Below are positions 52,806-64,000 of a DNA stretch of 64,000 bases, piece after piece. Made by a program: the position numbers and the translations under genes. The stretch comes from Bilabrum cf. latius (lineage: Eukaryota): NCBI GenBank assembly GCA_965178125.1, contig OZ237741.1, positions 62,001 to 126,000 of the forward strand, in the 5' to 3' direction. Below the pieces are notes generated by a model. That model was not told the origin of the DNA. It saw only the letters and a list, made by a program, of their open reading frames with translations, and did no database searches. The stretch's first letter is position 1. Every line of letters starts with the position of its first letter.

Positions 52806-55136
52806 ATGGCTCACACTCTTTCATGCCTCACCAGTATACAATCATTTGATCTACTGGAGTTTGACATTAATCGTACTACACAAATGTTGAGAGCTATTGT
52901 GCGAGGTGACAAGGAAGCCTTCATTGCTGCTCATGAAAGCGGCGTTGCAATACAGGGCGTTTTCGAAGAGGTAGTCGACGAGAACGGAAAGCGAATCGGC
53001 GAAAACCTACAAGCAGTGCACGTAATAGCAATGCTTGGACATACTGATTTGTTGGAATTCATTTTGGGCCACGTTGATCCGAACACGCAGTGCTGCAGTG
53101 GCAACACACCGATGGTGCTAGCCGCAAAGAATGGTCATGTTGAAGCAATCCGAATTCTCTTGTCATTACATGGTAATCCATCGCATGTAAATGAGCACGG
53201 GGAGACTCCGCTGTTCTGGGCCTGTGCCAATGGGCACGAGCAGGTGGCGGCCGCACTGCTGGAAGCGTGTCCGGACCTGGCTGTGATCAACAGGGCCAAC
53301 ACCAAGGCCGAGACGGCCCTGACACAGGCGATGGCCAAGCAGCATGCGGGCGTGGCTCGCCTGCTGGTGGATGCAGGGGCAGACGTGCAGCATCAGGGGG
53401 AGGGCGGGTACACCCCACTGCTGGTTGCTGCAGAGGTTGGCCACGTGGATCTGGTGCGCATGCTGCTGGAAGCCGATGCATCTGTGTGCGGTACGCCTAA
53501 CGAGCACGGGGAGACTCCGCTGTTCTGGGCCTGTGCCAATGGGCACGAGCAGGTGGCTGCCGCACTGCTGGAGGCGTGTCCGGACCTGGCTGTGATCAAC
53601 AGGGCCAACACCAAGGCCGAGACGGCCCTGACATAGGCGATGGCCAAGCAGCATGCGGGCGTGGCTCGCCTGCTGGTGGATGCAGGGGCAGACGTGCAGC
53701 ATCAGGGGGAGGGCGGGTACACCCCACTGCTGGTTGCTGCAGAGGTTGGCCACGTGGATCTGGTGCGCATGCTGCTGGAAGCCGATGCATCTGTGTGCGG
53801 TACGCCTAACGAGCACGGGGAGACTCCGCTGTTCTGGGCCTGTGCCAATGGGCACGAGCAGGTGGCGGCCGCACTGCTGGAAGCGTGTCCGGACCTGGCT
53901 GTGATCAACAGGGCCAACACCAAGGCCGAGACGGCCCTGACACAGGCGGTCTTCTCGCAGCATGTGGGCGTGGCTCGCCTGCTGGTGGATGCGGGGGCAG
54001 ATGTGCGGCATCAGGGGGAGGGCGGGTACACCCCACTGCTGGTTGCTGCAGAGGTTGGCCACGTGGATCTGGTGCGCATGCTGCTGGAAGCCGATGCATC
54101 TGTGTGCGGTACGCCTAACGAGCACGGGGAGACTCCGCTGTTCTGGGCCTGTGCCAATGGGCACGAGCAGGTGGCTGCCGCACTGCTGGAGGCGTGTCCG
54201 GACCTGGCTGTGATCAACAGGGCCAACACCAAGGCCGAGACGGCCCTGACATAGGCGATGGCCAAGCAACATGCGGGCGTGGCTCGCCTGCTGGTGGATG
54301 CAGGGGCAGACGTGCAGCATCAGGGGGAGGGCGGGTACACCCCACTGCTGGTTGCTGCAGAGGCTGGCCACGTGGATCTGGTGCGCATGCTGCTGGAAGC
54401 CGATGCATCTGTGTGCGGTACGCCTAACGAGCACGGGGAGACTCCGCTGTTCTGGGCCTGTGCCAATGGGCACGAGCAGGTGGCGGCCGCACTGCTGGAG
54501 GCGTGTCCGGACCTGGCTGTGATCAACAGGGCCAACACCAAGGCCGAGACGGCCCTGACACAGGCGGTCTTCTCGCAGCATGTGGGCGTGGCCCGCCTGC
54601 TGGTGGATGCAGGGGCAGACGTGCAGCATCAGGGGGAGGGCGGGTACACCCCACTGCTGGTTGCTGCAGAGGTTGGCCACGTGGATCTGGTGCGCATGCT
54701 GCTGGAAGCCGATGCATCTGTGTGCGGTACGCCTAACGAGCACGGGGAGACTCCGCTGTTCTGGGCCTGTGCCAATGGGCACGAGCAGGTGGCGGCCGCA
54801 CTGCTGGAAGCGTGTCCGGACCTGGCTGTGATCAACAGGGCCAACACCAAGGCCGAGACGGCCCTGACACAGGCGGTCTTCTCGCAGCATGCGGGCGTGG
54901 CTCGCCTGCTGGTAGATGCGGGGGCAGACGTGCGGCAAGCAGGACACGGAGGGTACACGCCGCTGATGGTTGCTGCGAAGGTGGGCAGTATGTACCTGGT
55001 GCGCATGCTGCTGGAAGCTGGGGTAGACCACAGGCACGCTGGCCAGCCACAGCTTGAGTTGCCTGTTGAGATTGCTGCGAGAATGGGACACGAGGATGTG
55101 GTCCAGATTCTCGAGCAGTGGCATCCGACTGCGTGA
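52806..55136 (+). CDS. Ankyrin-repeat protein built from near-identical 103-aa units
   Basis: GETPLFWACANGH and GYTPLLVAAEVGH motifs; three ORF fragments joined by TAG at 53634 and 54252; TGA stop; start approximate. Confidence 0.9.
53190..54935 (+). repeat. 309-bp tandem repeat, about 5.6 near-identical copies
   Basis: Equivalent codons at 53325, 53634, 53943, 54252, 54561, 54870 (period 309). Confidence 0.95.
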
Positions 55137-55264
55137 ATGCCGCAATTAATTGCCATCGGAGCCAGCCAAGGATTGCCCAGCAACTTTAAAATCGGCTCCA
55201 AGCTCAGCGGTTGCACAAACGATCACCATTCGGTTCATTTGGATCCTATCATCACAGACACATC

Positions 55265-56755
55265 TCAAGAGCTCCCTGCACTACCACCGCCCCTAGTCCT
55301 CGCCCGCATCACCTCAGACCCAGGCCCGTCGTACTTCCGACTCCGGATGGCCCCACGCAATGCTCCCAGCTGCCCATGTGCCGCCTTCAGCTCGGGCAGC
55401 TCCTCCGTTGCCTCCTCCACCGTGGGCAGACTCCCCATGCCAGCCATCTCAGCGGCCTGCATGGCCTGCTGCACGGCCAGAGGCCCCTTCTTGCTGGCCT
55501 CCTATACCGCCACGCAGAGTCCCCTGCGCTTGTCGATGAGCTTGCCCGCCTGCTCGATCGTGTCTAGCGCTGCATCAGGGTCTGCCGTGCCCACGCACGC
55601 CTGTGCCAGCCTGTACCACGCCTCCCAAGTCTGCTCGTCCTCTGCCAGCACCGTGTGCAGGACCCCCACTGCGCCCTCGTACTCGCCCGCCTCGAGGCAG
55701 GACCGTCCCAGCGACATCCTCGCGCCCACATCGGGCACTGCAAGGGGCCCTAGCACGTCGTCGTCATCGCCCTCCTCCCCGCCGCTTGCCCCGCTCCCTT
55801 TGCCGCCAGCACTCCCAGCGCCTGCCCCCTCCCCTTCCATGGCCGCTGCACCCCCAGTAGCAGCGCCCGAGGCTGCCCCGGCCCCTGCCCCGGCCCCAGA
55901 GGAGGAAGAAGCCGTGGACGGACCCGACGACGAAGACGACGCACCCTCACCAGCCCCTGCCGCAGCCAGCTCCGCCTCCGCCTTCTCTCTGGCCACGAGT
56001 CTCGCATGCGCGTCGACCACGAGCTTGGCTGCCTGCCTAAGGAGCGGCCTGGCGTCTTCGATCCGCTGGCGCACGAGGCGCAGTGAGGCCAGCGCGAGCA
56101 GGGCGTCGGCACAGGCGCGGTCTGCCTCGACGGCCATGCCCGCGGCCTTCTCGCACTGGGACTCGGCGTCTGGCTCGTCGCACAGATCTGTCATGTACAA
56201 CTCAGCTATCGATGCAAGAGCTTGGGAGAGCTATCTTCGCACCAGGGCAGCTGGTCGTTCGCGCGTTGATGCCCCGAGCTCCTCCCGCAGTCTGGTGACT
56301 GCTGCGCCAAAGTGAGCGACAGCCTCCTTTCCGGAACTAAGCTGGGCCAGCTGCAGGAAGCGAGTTGAGCCGCCAGATGACCGCGCTTCGACGCTGGCAT
56401 TAAACGCAGCTTTTGCCCCTTCCACATCCCCAGTCTCCATCTTTGCTTCTCCCAATCGTTCCAAGATATCAGCATCCCCTGGCAGCTACCTATCGGCTAG
56501 TTCTAGTAATCGTACAGCTGCTTGGGGTTCAAACCTATCCATACATGCTTCTGCATCAGCAACTAATTTCCTTGGCCCGCCAATGGCAGCCTTCGATGCG
56601 GCAGCGTGCTCAGCAACGGCAAGTGTTGGCCTAGCTCCCCCTTTCCGATGTGCTCCGGATGCAGTATCCATCGCAGCGCGCGCATCATCGATTCGCCTTT
56701 GCTCAGGAGTGCGTTCCATTGACCCTGACGAGGAGGACGCACTGGAAGCCGCCAT
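55265..56755 (-). CDS. ACL4: TPR protein, assembly chaperone of RpL4 (ACL4-like)
   Basis: FLQLAQL, IAELYMTDLCDEPDAESQCE, LASLRLVRQR; four fragments joined by 3 TAG; TGA stop. Confidence 0.8.
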
Positions 56756-56987
56756 TTTTTGCTTGAGGAGTTCCTTCTTGGCGCCGCGCACTAGGGCGGA
56801 CTGTTGGTTCCGCTGGCCAAACACTAGACGCTAGACATTCCATCGGTTGACTAGTTTCCGTGTAGACTCAACCCAGACGATAAAGTTTGTGATAAGCATA
56901 AGTTTGCCCTAAGATTCGCTTTTGATTGATTATCCAAGGCAAACACACGAGTTTTGCGCGGACCACTCACGTGCAAGTAACGTTGCG

Positions 56988-57800
<813 letters not shown>

Positions 57801-58108
57801 TAGACTATGGGCCGTACCAGTGGCTGCTGCCATGATTGGGTGCACTAGAAGCTTGGTGTGTTTAACAACTATGTCATTCGGTGTGTGTCCACGCTGCTAC
57901 CCCAAGCTACACCCCTGAAGTGCGCCCTGTGTACCCTACACCGGCTGCTTGACCAGTGCAAGCATCGTCACCGGCTCGCCAAGCATGGTGTGCACTGTGC
58001 GCTGCAATCGGTAAACCGGGGGCTAAACAACTAGCCGAGGGTAAGGTGAGCAGGAATTCAAGCCGTCAGAGCGACCAAAAGACGCCAGCGAACCTTGCCA
58101 AGGCTGTC

Positions 58109-59497
58109 ATGGGTGAGGGACCTCTGAGCGAGCAGAGGCCTTAGCCGAAACCCGGAACTGCTCGGCGCCATTGGACAGGTCCTCGACCTTGCGATGTTTC
58201 CATCATTTTAGGTGCGTCCATTTCTTGAACACGGCATAGCATCATTAAGAGTGTTGTCTGGTCAACCTAAGCGATGGGAGCAGGAGCAAGCCAAGAGAAT
58301 CCTTAGCCCGCGGCGTTGCGAGTACGCGATCCAGACACGGGAAAGCTGCACGTTGCTCTACTCGGACTTCGCGCTCATACTTCGGCGGTTTGGTACAGAG
58401 CGCTTTTTGATGGAACTTGGAGGTCTGTACCTGGTATCATGCCGGAATCGCTTGGGCTTTCTAAGCATGGGGGTCCGACATCTGCATCAATAAGCCTAGG
58501 GATAGCTGCAACGGTTCTGCTTCACAATGACATGCGTGAGCAAGGTTGTATCGCCTCCCAATGTGCTCACCGTAATCAAAAATATATATGTGAAGAGGTA
58601 GACGCAGTAGAACCGCTCACCACAAGCTCACTCGCAGTTGCACAATTTCGCTAGAGCGGCATCTATCGCATTCGCCGGGTCGATGCCTGCTACGAGAAGG
58701 TGGACGCTGCCGTTCTTCTCTTTCGCATGAGCGAACCTACCTCTTTGAGTTTGTTGCACGATGAATTGCAGCATTTGCGGGCCGTAAGAGCGCGTGCCCT
58801 GCGCAAACCAGCAGCTGAGCGAGCACCCGCCAGGGGCGCAGAGCTGTCCTCCAAGTCAGAGCAGCCCAAATCTCCCGCCGCTGAACGTGAAGCCAGTGGC
58901 ATTGTCAACGATCTAGAGCTGCCTATCACGGTGCTTGTGGGCGTGCGGGGCACTAGCGTGCCCCTATTCGAAGCACTGGCAGGAGGGGGAGAGGAGGGCA
59001 GCGGAGCGTCTCCTTTGGAGGTATCGGCGGCTACAGCCAGGGCTTGGGCCGCAGAGCACGGAGTGGAGCTGGGGTTTGTGGAAGTGGACGACAGGAGTTA
59101 GGCGAGTGTGATGAGGGCAATCAACCTGGTGCTGCGGGGCGTGGCCTCGAGGTGCGGGCTGCTGCAGGATAGGCCCTGCCCGCTGTGGCCAAAGCTGCGC
59201 GCATCGCGGGGCGCAGAGGGCAGCAGGGGGGCAGCAGCCGCGCCCCCTGATCTGGAGGATGCGGGCAGCATGGGAGCAGCAGCCGCGCCCCCTGATCTGG
59301 AGGATGCGGGCAGCAGGGGAGCAGCAGCCGCGCCCCCTGATCTGGAGGATGCGGGCAGCAGGGGAGCAGCAGCCGCGCCCCCTGATCTGGAGGATGCGGG
59401 CAGCAGGGGGGCAGCAGCATCTCCCGGCGAATTGAGTGTCACTGATGGTTCGGGTGGCAACAACAGCTTGTTCGATGACGGGTGCACTGTGAGTTGA
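58109..59497 (+). CDS. Degenerate Ras-superfamily-like protein with CaaX end; 5' end uncertain
   Basis: KLHVALLG, CYEKVDAAVLLF, PITVLVGVRG, VSAATARAWAAEHG..GFVEV, terminal CTVS-TGA; fragments joined by TAG. Confidence 0.55.
59218..59419 (+). repeat. 45-bp coding tandem repeat, about 4.5 copies (GSRGAAAAPPDLEDA)
   Basis: tgatctggaggat recurs at 59248, 59293, 59338, 59383. Confidence 0.92.
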
Positions 59498-59591
59498 ATT
59501 GACTCCACTAGACTAGGCATGTACAGACCGGTGACAGTCACGGTTCAATCCGCCCCGACCAGCCCTTTAGTTCGTTCAACGAACGAGTCGA

Positions 59592-60602
59592 TCAATCGGT
59601 CCTCGGCTTCCACTTCTCCTTCCCGTAGTCGCTCCGCTTGAGGTTGATCCACCCGCTGGTGCCCGCCTTGGGGTTGGCGAAGAGGGCCCTGCTCTTGCGG
59701 GGGCCTCTGCGCTTCATCTCGTTGCGGACGTCCTTGGGGAACACGACCTCGTCGTACGAGGTCTGCGGGATGGTGGCGATGCCTGCTTCCCCGTGATCGA
59801 CGACGTTGTAGTCCCAGCCCTGCCTCTCGCAGAACTGGACAGCCTGCGCGGCGTTGTCGAAGCGCATCTTCATCTCCACCATGCTCATGATGTCACCGCT
59901 GCCCACCCACCCCATGAGGTTCATGTTCCACTCGTCCTCGTGGTTGAACTTGAGCACCCAGGTAGCGTCGATCTCGCGGGGCGTCTGCTCGGCGGGCATG
60001 GGTGCGCGCTCGATCCTGACCCTTCTGCTCTTCATGTAGTCGTATAGCTCGCCCTGTGCCGGGGCCATCTTCCTAACCTCTTCAAGAGTAAACGTGCTCG
60101 GGTTCTTTCCTTGGAATGCGAGCCAATCGAACTTCCTAGAGTCTGCGCGACGAAATACAATCGTGTAACAAGCATGAAGACAAACACGGTTCGTAGAGGC
60201 ATCGAGATTCGCTCGCATGCAACAGATCAGACGCTGTTTCTTGCGAATACTACCTCGGTAATCGTTCAAGAGCGCCAAGAAACGATTGCACCAGCGATAA
60301 GCCAGGCAACCCAAAAGGTTGATCACCTCACATGGTCCAGCTCGGTCTCTCCAGGCCTTGATTGGCCTAGACTAGGTTCGGAACTGCTGCAAATACGCTT
60401 CTGCCTCTCGCACAGCGAGAGCGGTGGCCTCTTCCTCCTTTTTCTTGGCAGCAGCTGCCTCAGCGTCCTCATCCTCTGTCTTGTCAGACATCCATCGCAC
60501 AGACTGCATGAATGGAGCAGGTGAGCGCAGTACTGGGGCATATCGACTCGCCATGAGTCCCAATTGGAGTCTCCTACCGCATGCTTGCACGACACGAGCC
60601 AT
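59592..60602 (-). CDS. NDUFS4: Complex I subunit NDUFS4 (18 kDa) with transit peptide
   Basis: RRVRIE, WVLKF, WNMNLMGWVGSGD, FDNAAQAVQFCERQGWDY; intron 60143-60331; 1 TAG; TGA stop. Confidence 0.88.
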
Positions 60603-60780
60603 CCTTAGCCAGCAGAGGCACTGCAATCGAAACCATTTTCGGCCGAGTATGCATTGTTCAGTGCCAATTCTGGTAATCAATGAATGTTGCGTGCAAACAC
60701 TTGTAAAACCACACAAAAATCAACAGGGGGCTACAGTAGGCCCCGTAGCAGCACCTGGTCTTTCCCTCGACCATTTGACG

Positions 60781-62874
60781 ATGCAAAAGGGTTCTAGATA
60801 GGCACATGATTGCCTGGAGCTCGCGGTTAGATCCATGGTTAGGTAGAGGTCTTCAATTCAGTCCATTCGACGATGTCTTGCTCTGCCTCGCACCGTCCGC
60901 CATAACTGGACCGCTGCAGCCGCCGCTATGCCATAGCACGTATCTGTGAAGCATTCAGACTCAGGTTATGCAAATAGGGCCGGCGATGGGAACATGACTG
61001 AGAGGAATCGCCAGGTAAGCACGACCGCTGCTGCAGGCCAGGTCCTGGAGAGCACAGAGTTAGCATCGCCTGGCGCCTCGTCCGAGTGGGCAGGCAGTCA
61101 TTCAGCTGACATTTCATAGGATTTTGATACGGACGCTGGGGGCATTGACGGGGAGACGGTTGCAGACAGCACCGAACCGATCGTAATGGGCGACTTGCTG
61201 GAGCGGTACGCCAAGACGGTGCTTCGCGCAAGCTTCCACGCAGCAAAGCCATTTGACTATTTGAGCCGCACAGACGCAGTCCTGGTGCCACGGTATCACT
61301 ACATTCGTTTCCGCGAGCAAGAGCGCGACGAGCAGTGGCAGACGGCGTGCGCCCCGTACGCCGTGAACCACGCCACCGTACGTGGCGGCCTCAGATAGCA
61401 GCACGCGGAGTGGGTGGCGGCTCGCAGACGGTACACTGGCCCGTCCTCAGCCATGTTATATGTGAAGGAAATGCAGCGGCGGGCCCAGAGGGTCATCCGC
61501 CTCCGCCGCGCGCGGTCCCTGTCCATCCCCCTTGCCCTCCTCGACCTGTCCATGGCCCTGGGGGAGATCAGGGCGGACTTGGCCGAGCTGGAGGGGCATA
61601 TGGAGGACATGCAGGGCGCGGGTGTCAAGCGCCAGCTGCTGCTGGCCCGCGCCCAGGACCAGGTGCAGTCGATGAGCGCAGAGGCAGCCGAGGCCGTGTC
61701 CCCCCCCGTGAACCCCCTCAAGGACAGCGAGGAGGCCATCCAGGCAGATCTCGAGGTGCCCGGGGAGCTCTTGAGCGAGGAGCACGCGAGGAAGGAGGAG
61801 GCGAAGGAATGGGACGGGGCCAGACCGGGGGCGCGGCCCGACTGGGACCTCGATGCGCAGCAGCACGTGCCCATCGTGGACGACTGGCCGGAGACCGTGG
61901 CGGAGTGGAGACTCAGGTACGTGGCGGCCATGGAGGACCTGCAGGCGGTGCCCATGGTGTACGCAGGGGCCTCCCCCGAGGACTTCGCCAACGCGCCGTA
62001 CAACCCCGGTCTGCAGCTGGCCCTGGCTCCCAACCCGCGCGCCCGTGACGAGGCCATCGACAGGGCCAACATGTATCCTGGGAGGGCCCTCCCCGCCCAC
62101 CTGCAGTTCAACGCGGCGCTGGAGGGGGAGCAGGAAGGCCCGCAGACTGGTTTCACCGACTGGGACGCATGGAACGACGACGCCCCTGGCTCGGCCCGCC
62201 GCATGGAGGAGGTGTCGGGCGCGCTCCAGGACGCCCTCGGGGATGGAGGCTTGCCCAAGGCAGTGCTGCCCAAGGGGCTGGAGGACGGTGCGCCCGCCGA
62301 GCTGCGAGACGCTGCCCGGGTGCTGGACCAGAACCACATGATGTCTGGGCCGCACAAGGCCGAGGTGATGCAGCACTACGGTGACCTGCTGGGGCGGTTC
62401 CGGGGCAAGCACAAGGACGACGGGGACGGGGGCGCTGGTGCCATCGAGCTGGAGGACCACGAGTTCGCTGACCAGCAGGTGGAGTCCTGGCTCGGGGAGC
62501 AGAAGGGTGACCTGCAGGAGAGCTGGCACGGGGGTGGCGTGGTGGACCGGGGGGGGATGGGCACGGCGGCCAGCACGGACCACGCGTTTAGGGAGGAGGC
62601 TAGGAGCAGCGCCATGTGGGAGGACCCGGACAAGGACCGCGTGTTCCCCACGGCCTCTGACGTGGTGCGGCTGGGTGCCTCGGAGGGGCGGCAGGAGCTG
62701 GACGCGGGCTTGGAGGGGACTGCTGGGTCTGCGGCCGGGACGGGTGGCCTGGGGCCCAGCTCTTACGCCAGGTTGCTGTCCCAGCTGAAAGGCAAGGGCA
62801 ACCGGGACGCGATCGAGGCGGCGGCAGGGGCAGTGCAGGAGGGGCTGGTGCGAGGGGACGGGAGCAGGCAGTGA
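60781..62874 (+). CDS. Hypothetical protein, ~697 aa, possibly mitochondrial
   Basis: Single frame from ATG 60781 with 5 TAG to TGA 62874; Arg/Ser-rich N-terminus. Confidence 0.65.
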
Positions 62875-63146
62875 CCGAGTAGGGGGGATGGCAGGCCGAC
62901 AAGAGGGTTGTCATGTGCAAGCAGTGGAGGCGGCCGTGGGCTGGTCCAACAGCTGATTTGGAATGCAGTGAATAGATACAGACAATTCCACGATAAATTG
63001 CCGAAGAATTGCTCCGACTCAGCACGCTCGACTGCACTTCGGTAGGCGGTTGCAACCTCGTTTTCACGACGGTTTGAGCACTATCGATAAATACTGCAAA
63101 GATTCGAAACTCTGGGACTGATAAGACCGCGCATCCCAGAAATCCG

Positions 63147-64000
63147 ATGTAGGGTATTTAGACACGACATCACGGTGAGTTTTCTGCAGCCCAAACCCTT
63201 GCTGTACCGGTGCTCTGGCGTTTCGAAATGAATGTCGCTCTACCTTTGTTCTGCATATCGCCGCCCGTTTGTTCGTTTCATGCTTGGTAAATTCGGCTGT
63301 CAAATGTATTGCTCTTTTAGAGGTTTTCCATCCCGTTGCAGAGCTGGAGGATGACATAGATGACCAGGACTTGAATCGTGATAGCGCCGAGTTTACATCG
63401 ACGGCAACAGATCATATTCTACACAATGGCACGGACGGAGTCAGCAGCAATGCGGACATTATTGATGTTCACATGGACAGTCTTATCCCCAAAGGGGTAA
63501 CACCACCCAGAGTAGCTCGGAGACGGCCGCCTGCGCAAGGGAGAGGCATTGAGAACGCCCCCCCAGCACGATTGGATGCAGCGCCAAGCATGCACGAGCG
63601 GCGAGCGAGAAAAGACGTGGGTCCCCGCCAGGCTCTGCGATCTCCAACGGGAGGATTGCGTGTTCCCTCCCTCGTGCCAGGCAAGGAGCGGCCCGGCGGG
63701 CGTCTCAGCATTGCGGACCTCGAGCGGAATCGTCACGAGGTGAGCAGGGACTTTTGTGTGCGCGCGTGCGCCGTTTGTCGGTCGCCCAGCAGATGGGCGC
63801 CACCCCAATTGAGCCTCTGGAGCGCCAAGCGCCTCCTGCCTCCACCGCAATGCACCTCGAAGCATGTCAACTCGCTACGTTCGCACTGCACTGCACTGCA
63901 CTGCACTGAACCCTCGCAGAGATCCGCGCACGCCGCCCAGCAGTCCAAGACGGAGACCGAGCACCGGAGGCAGCAGCGGGCCAGGGCCAGGGAACTGAGG
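63147..64000 (+). CDS. Hypothetical protein, 5' portion; runs off the window end
   Basis: ATG-TAG-GGT-ATT-TAG exon 63147-63174, GTGAGT donor, open frame to 63739, second intron 63740-63919, then RSAHAAQQSKTETEHRRQQR. Confidence 0.5.

Noticed and set aside
52400-55200. Ankyrin gene as part of a mobile or viral insertion
   Set aside because: No terminal repeats, transposase, integrase or capsid genes seen, and it uses the host TAG code
59218-59419. CRISPR-like array
   Set aside because: Contiguous in-frame tandem units without unique spacers, no cas genes, eukaryotic context
59500-59590. tRNA (possible suppressor) near ggttcaatcc
   Set aside because: No T-stem or acceptor-stem pairing; I found no tRNA-Gln(CUA) in this window

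Overview
Gene-dense, GC-rich nuclear DNA from a eukaryotic microbe with aerobic mitochondria (citrate synthase, NDUFS4, COQ4, COQ10, OAT). It has short GT-AG introns clustered at gene 5' ends and many head-to-head gene pairs about 90-230 bp apart. About 33 protein-coding genes can be reconstructed: SRP72, CS, ARPC2, TOP6B, GH18, RUVBL1, SGT1, CK2-beta, OAT, ORMDL, a Kv-like channel, TMEM19, PIG-F, COQ4, TMEM147-like, a ~2700-aa EF-hand/WD40 protein, LSM3, BUB3, ALG9, COQ10, DCTN2, an MFS transporter, an ankyrin-repeat protein, ACL4, RAB18, a degenerate small GTPase, NDUFS4 and several hypotheticals. The main result is a non-standard nuclear genetic code in which TAG is read as glutamine. Roughly 100 in-frame TAG codons (manual count) interrupt otherwise intact genes. 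They occupy conserved Gln positions (Rab WDTAG-Q-E, OAT AVN-Q-GHCHP, CK2b EDYI-Q-D, RUVBL1 T-Q-RI, TOP6B R-Q-TRGKFG, ORMDL D-Q-G) and swap with CAG between near-identical ankyrin repeat units. I found no internal TAA or TGA. Of 31 complete gene models, 29 end in TGA and 2 in TAA, so UAG and UAA appear uncoupled. The supplied ORF track uses the standard code and fragments most genes. All models were built by hand; family calls rest on motif recognition, not database searches.
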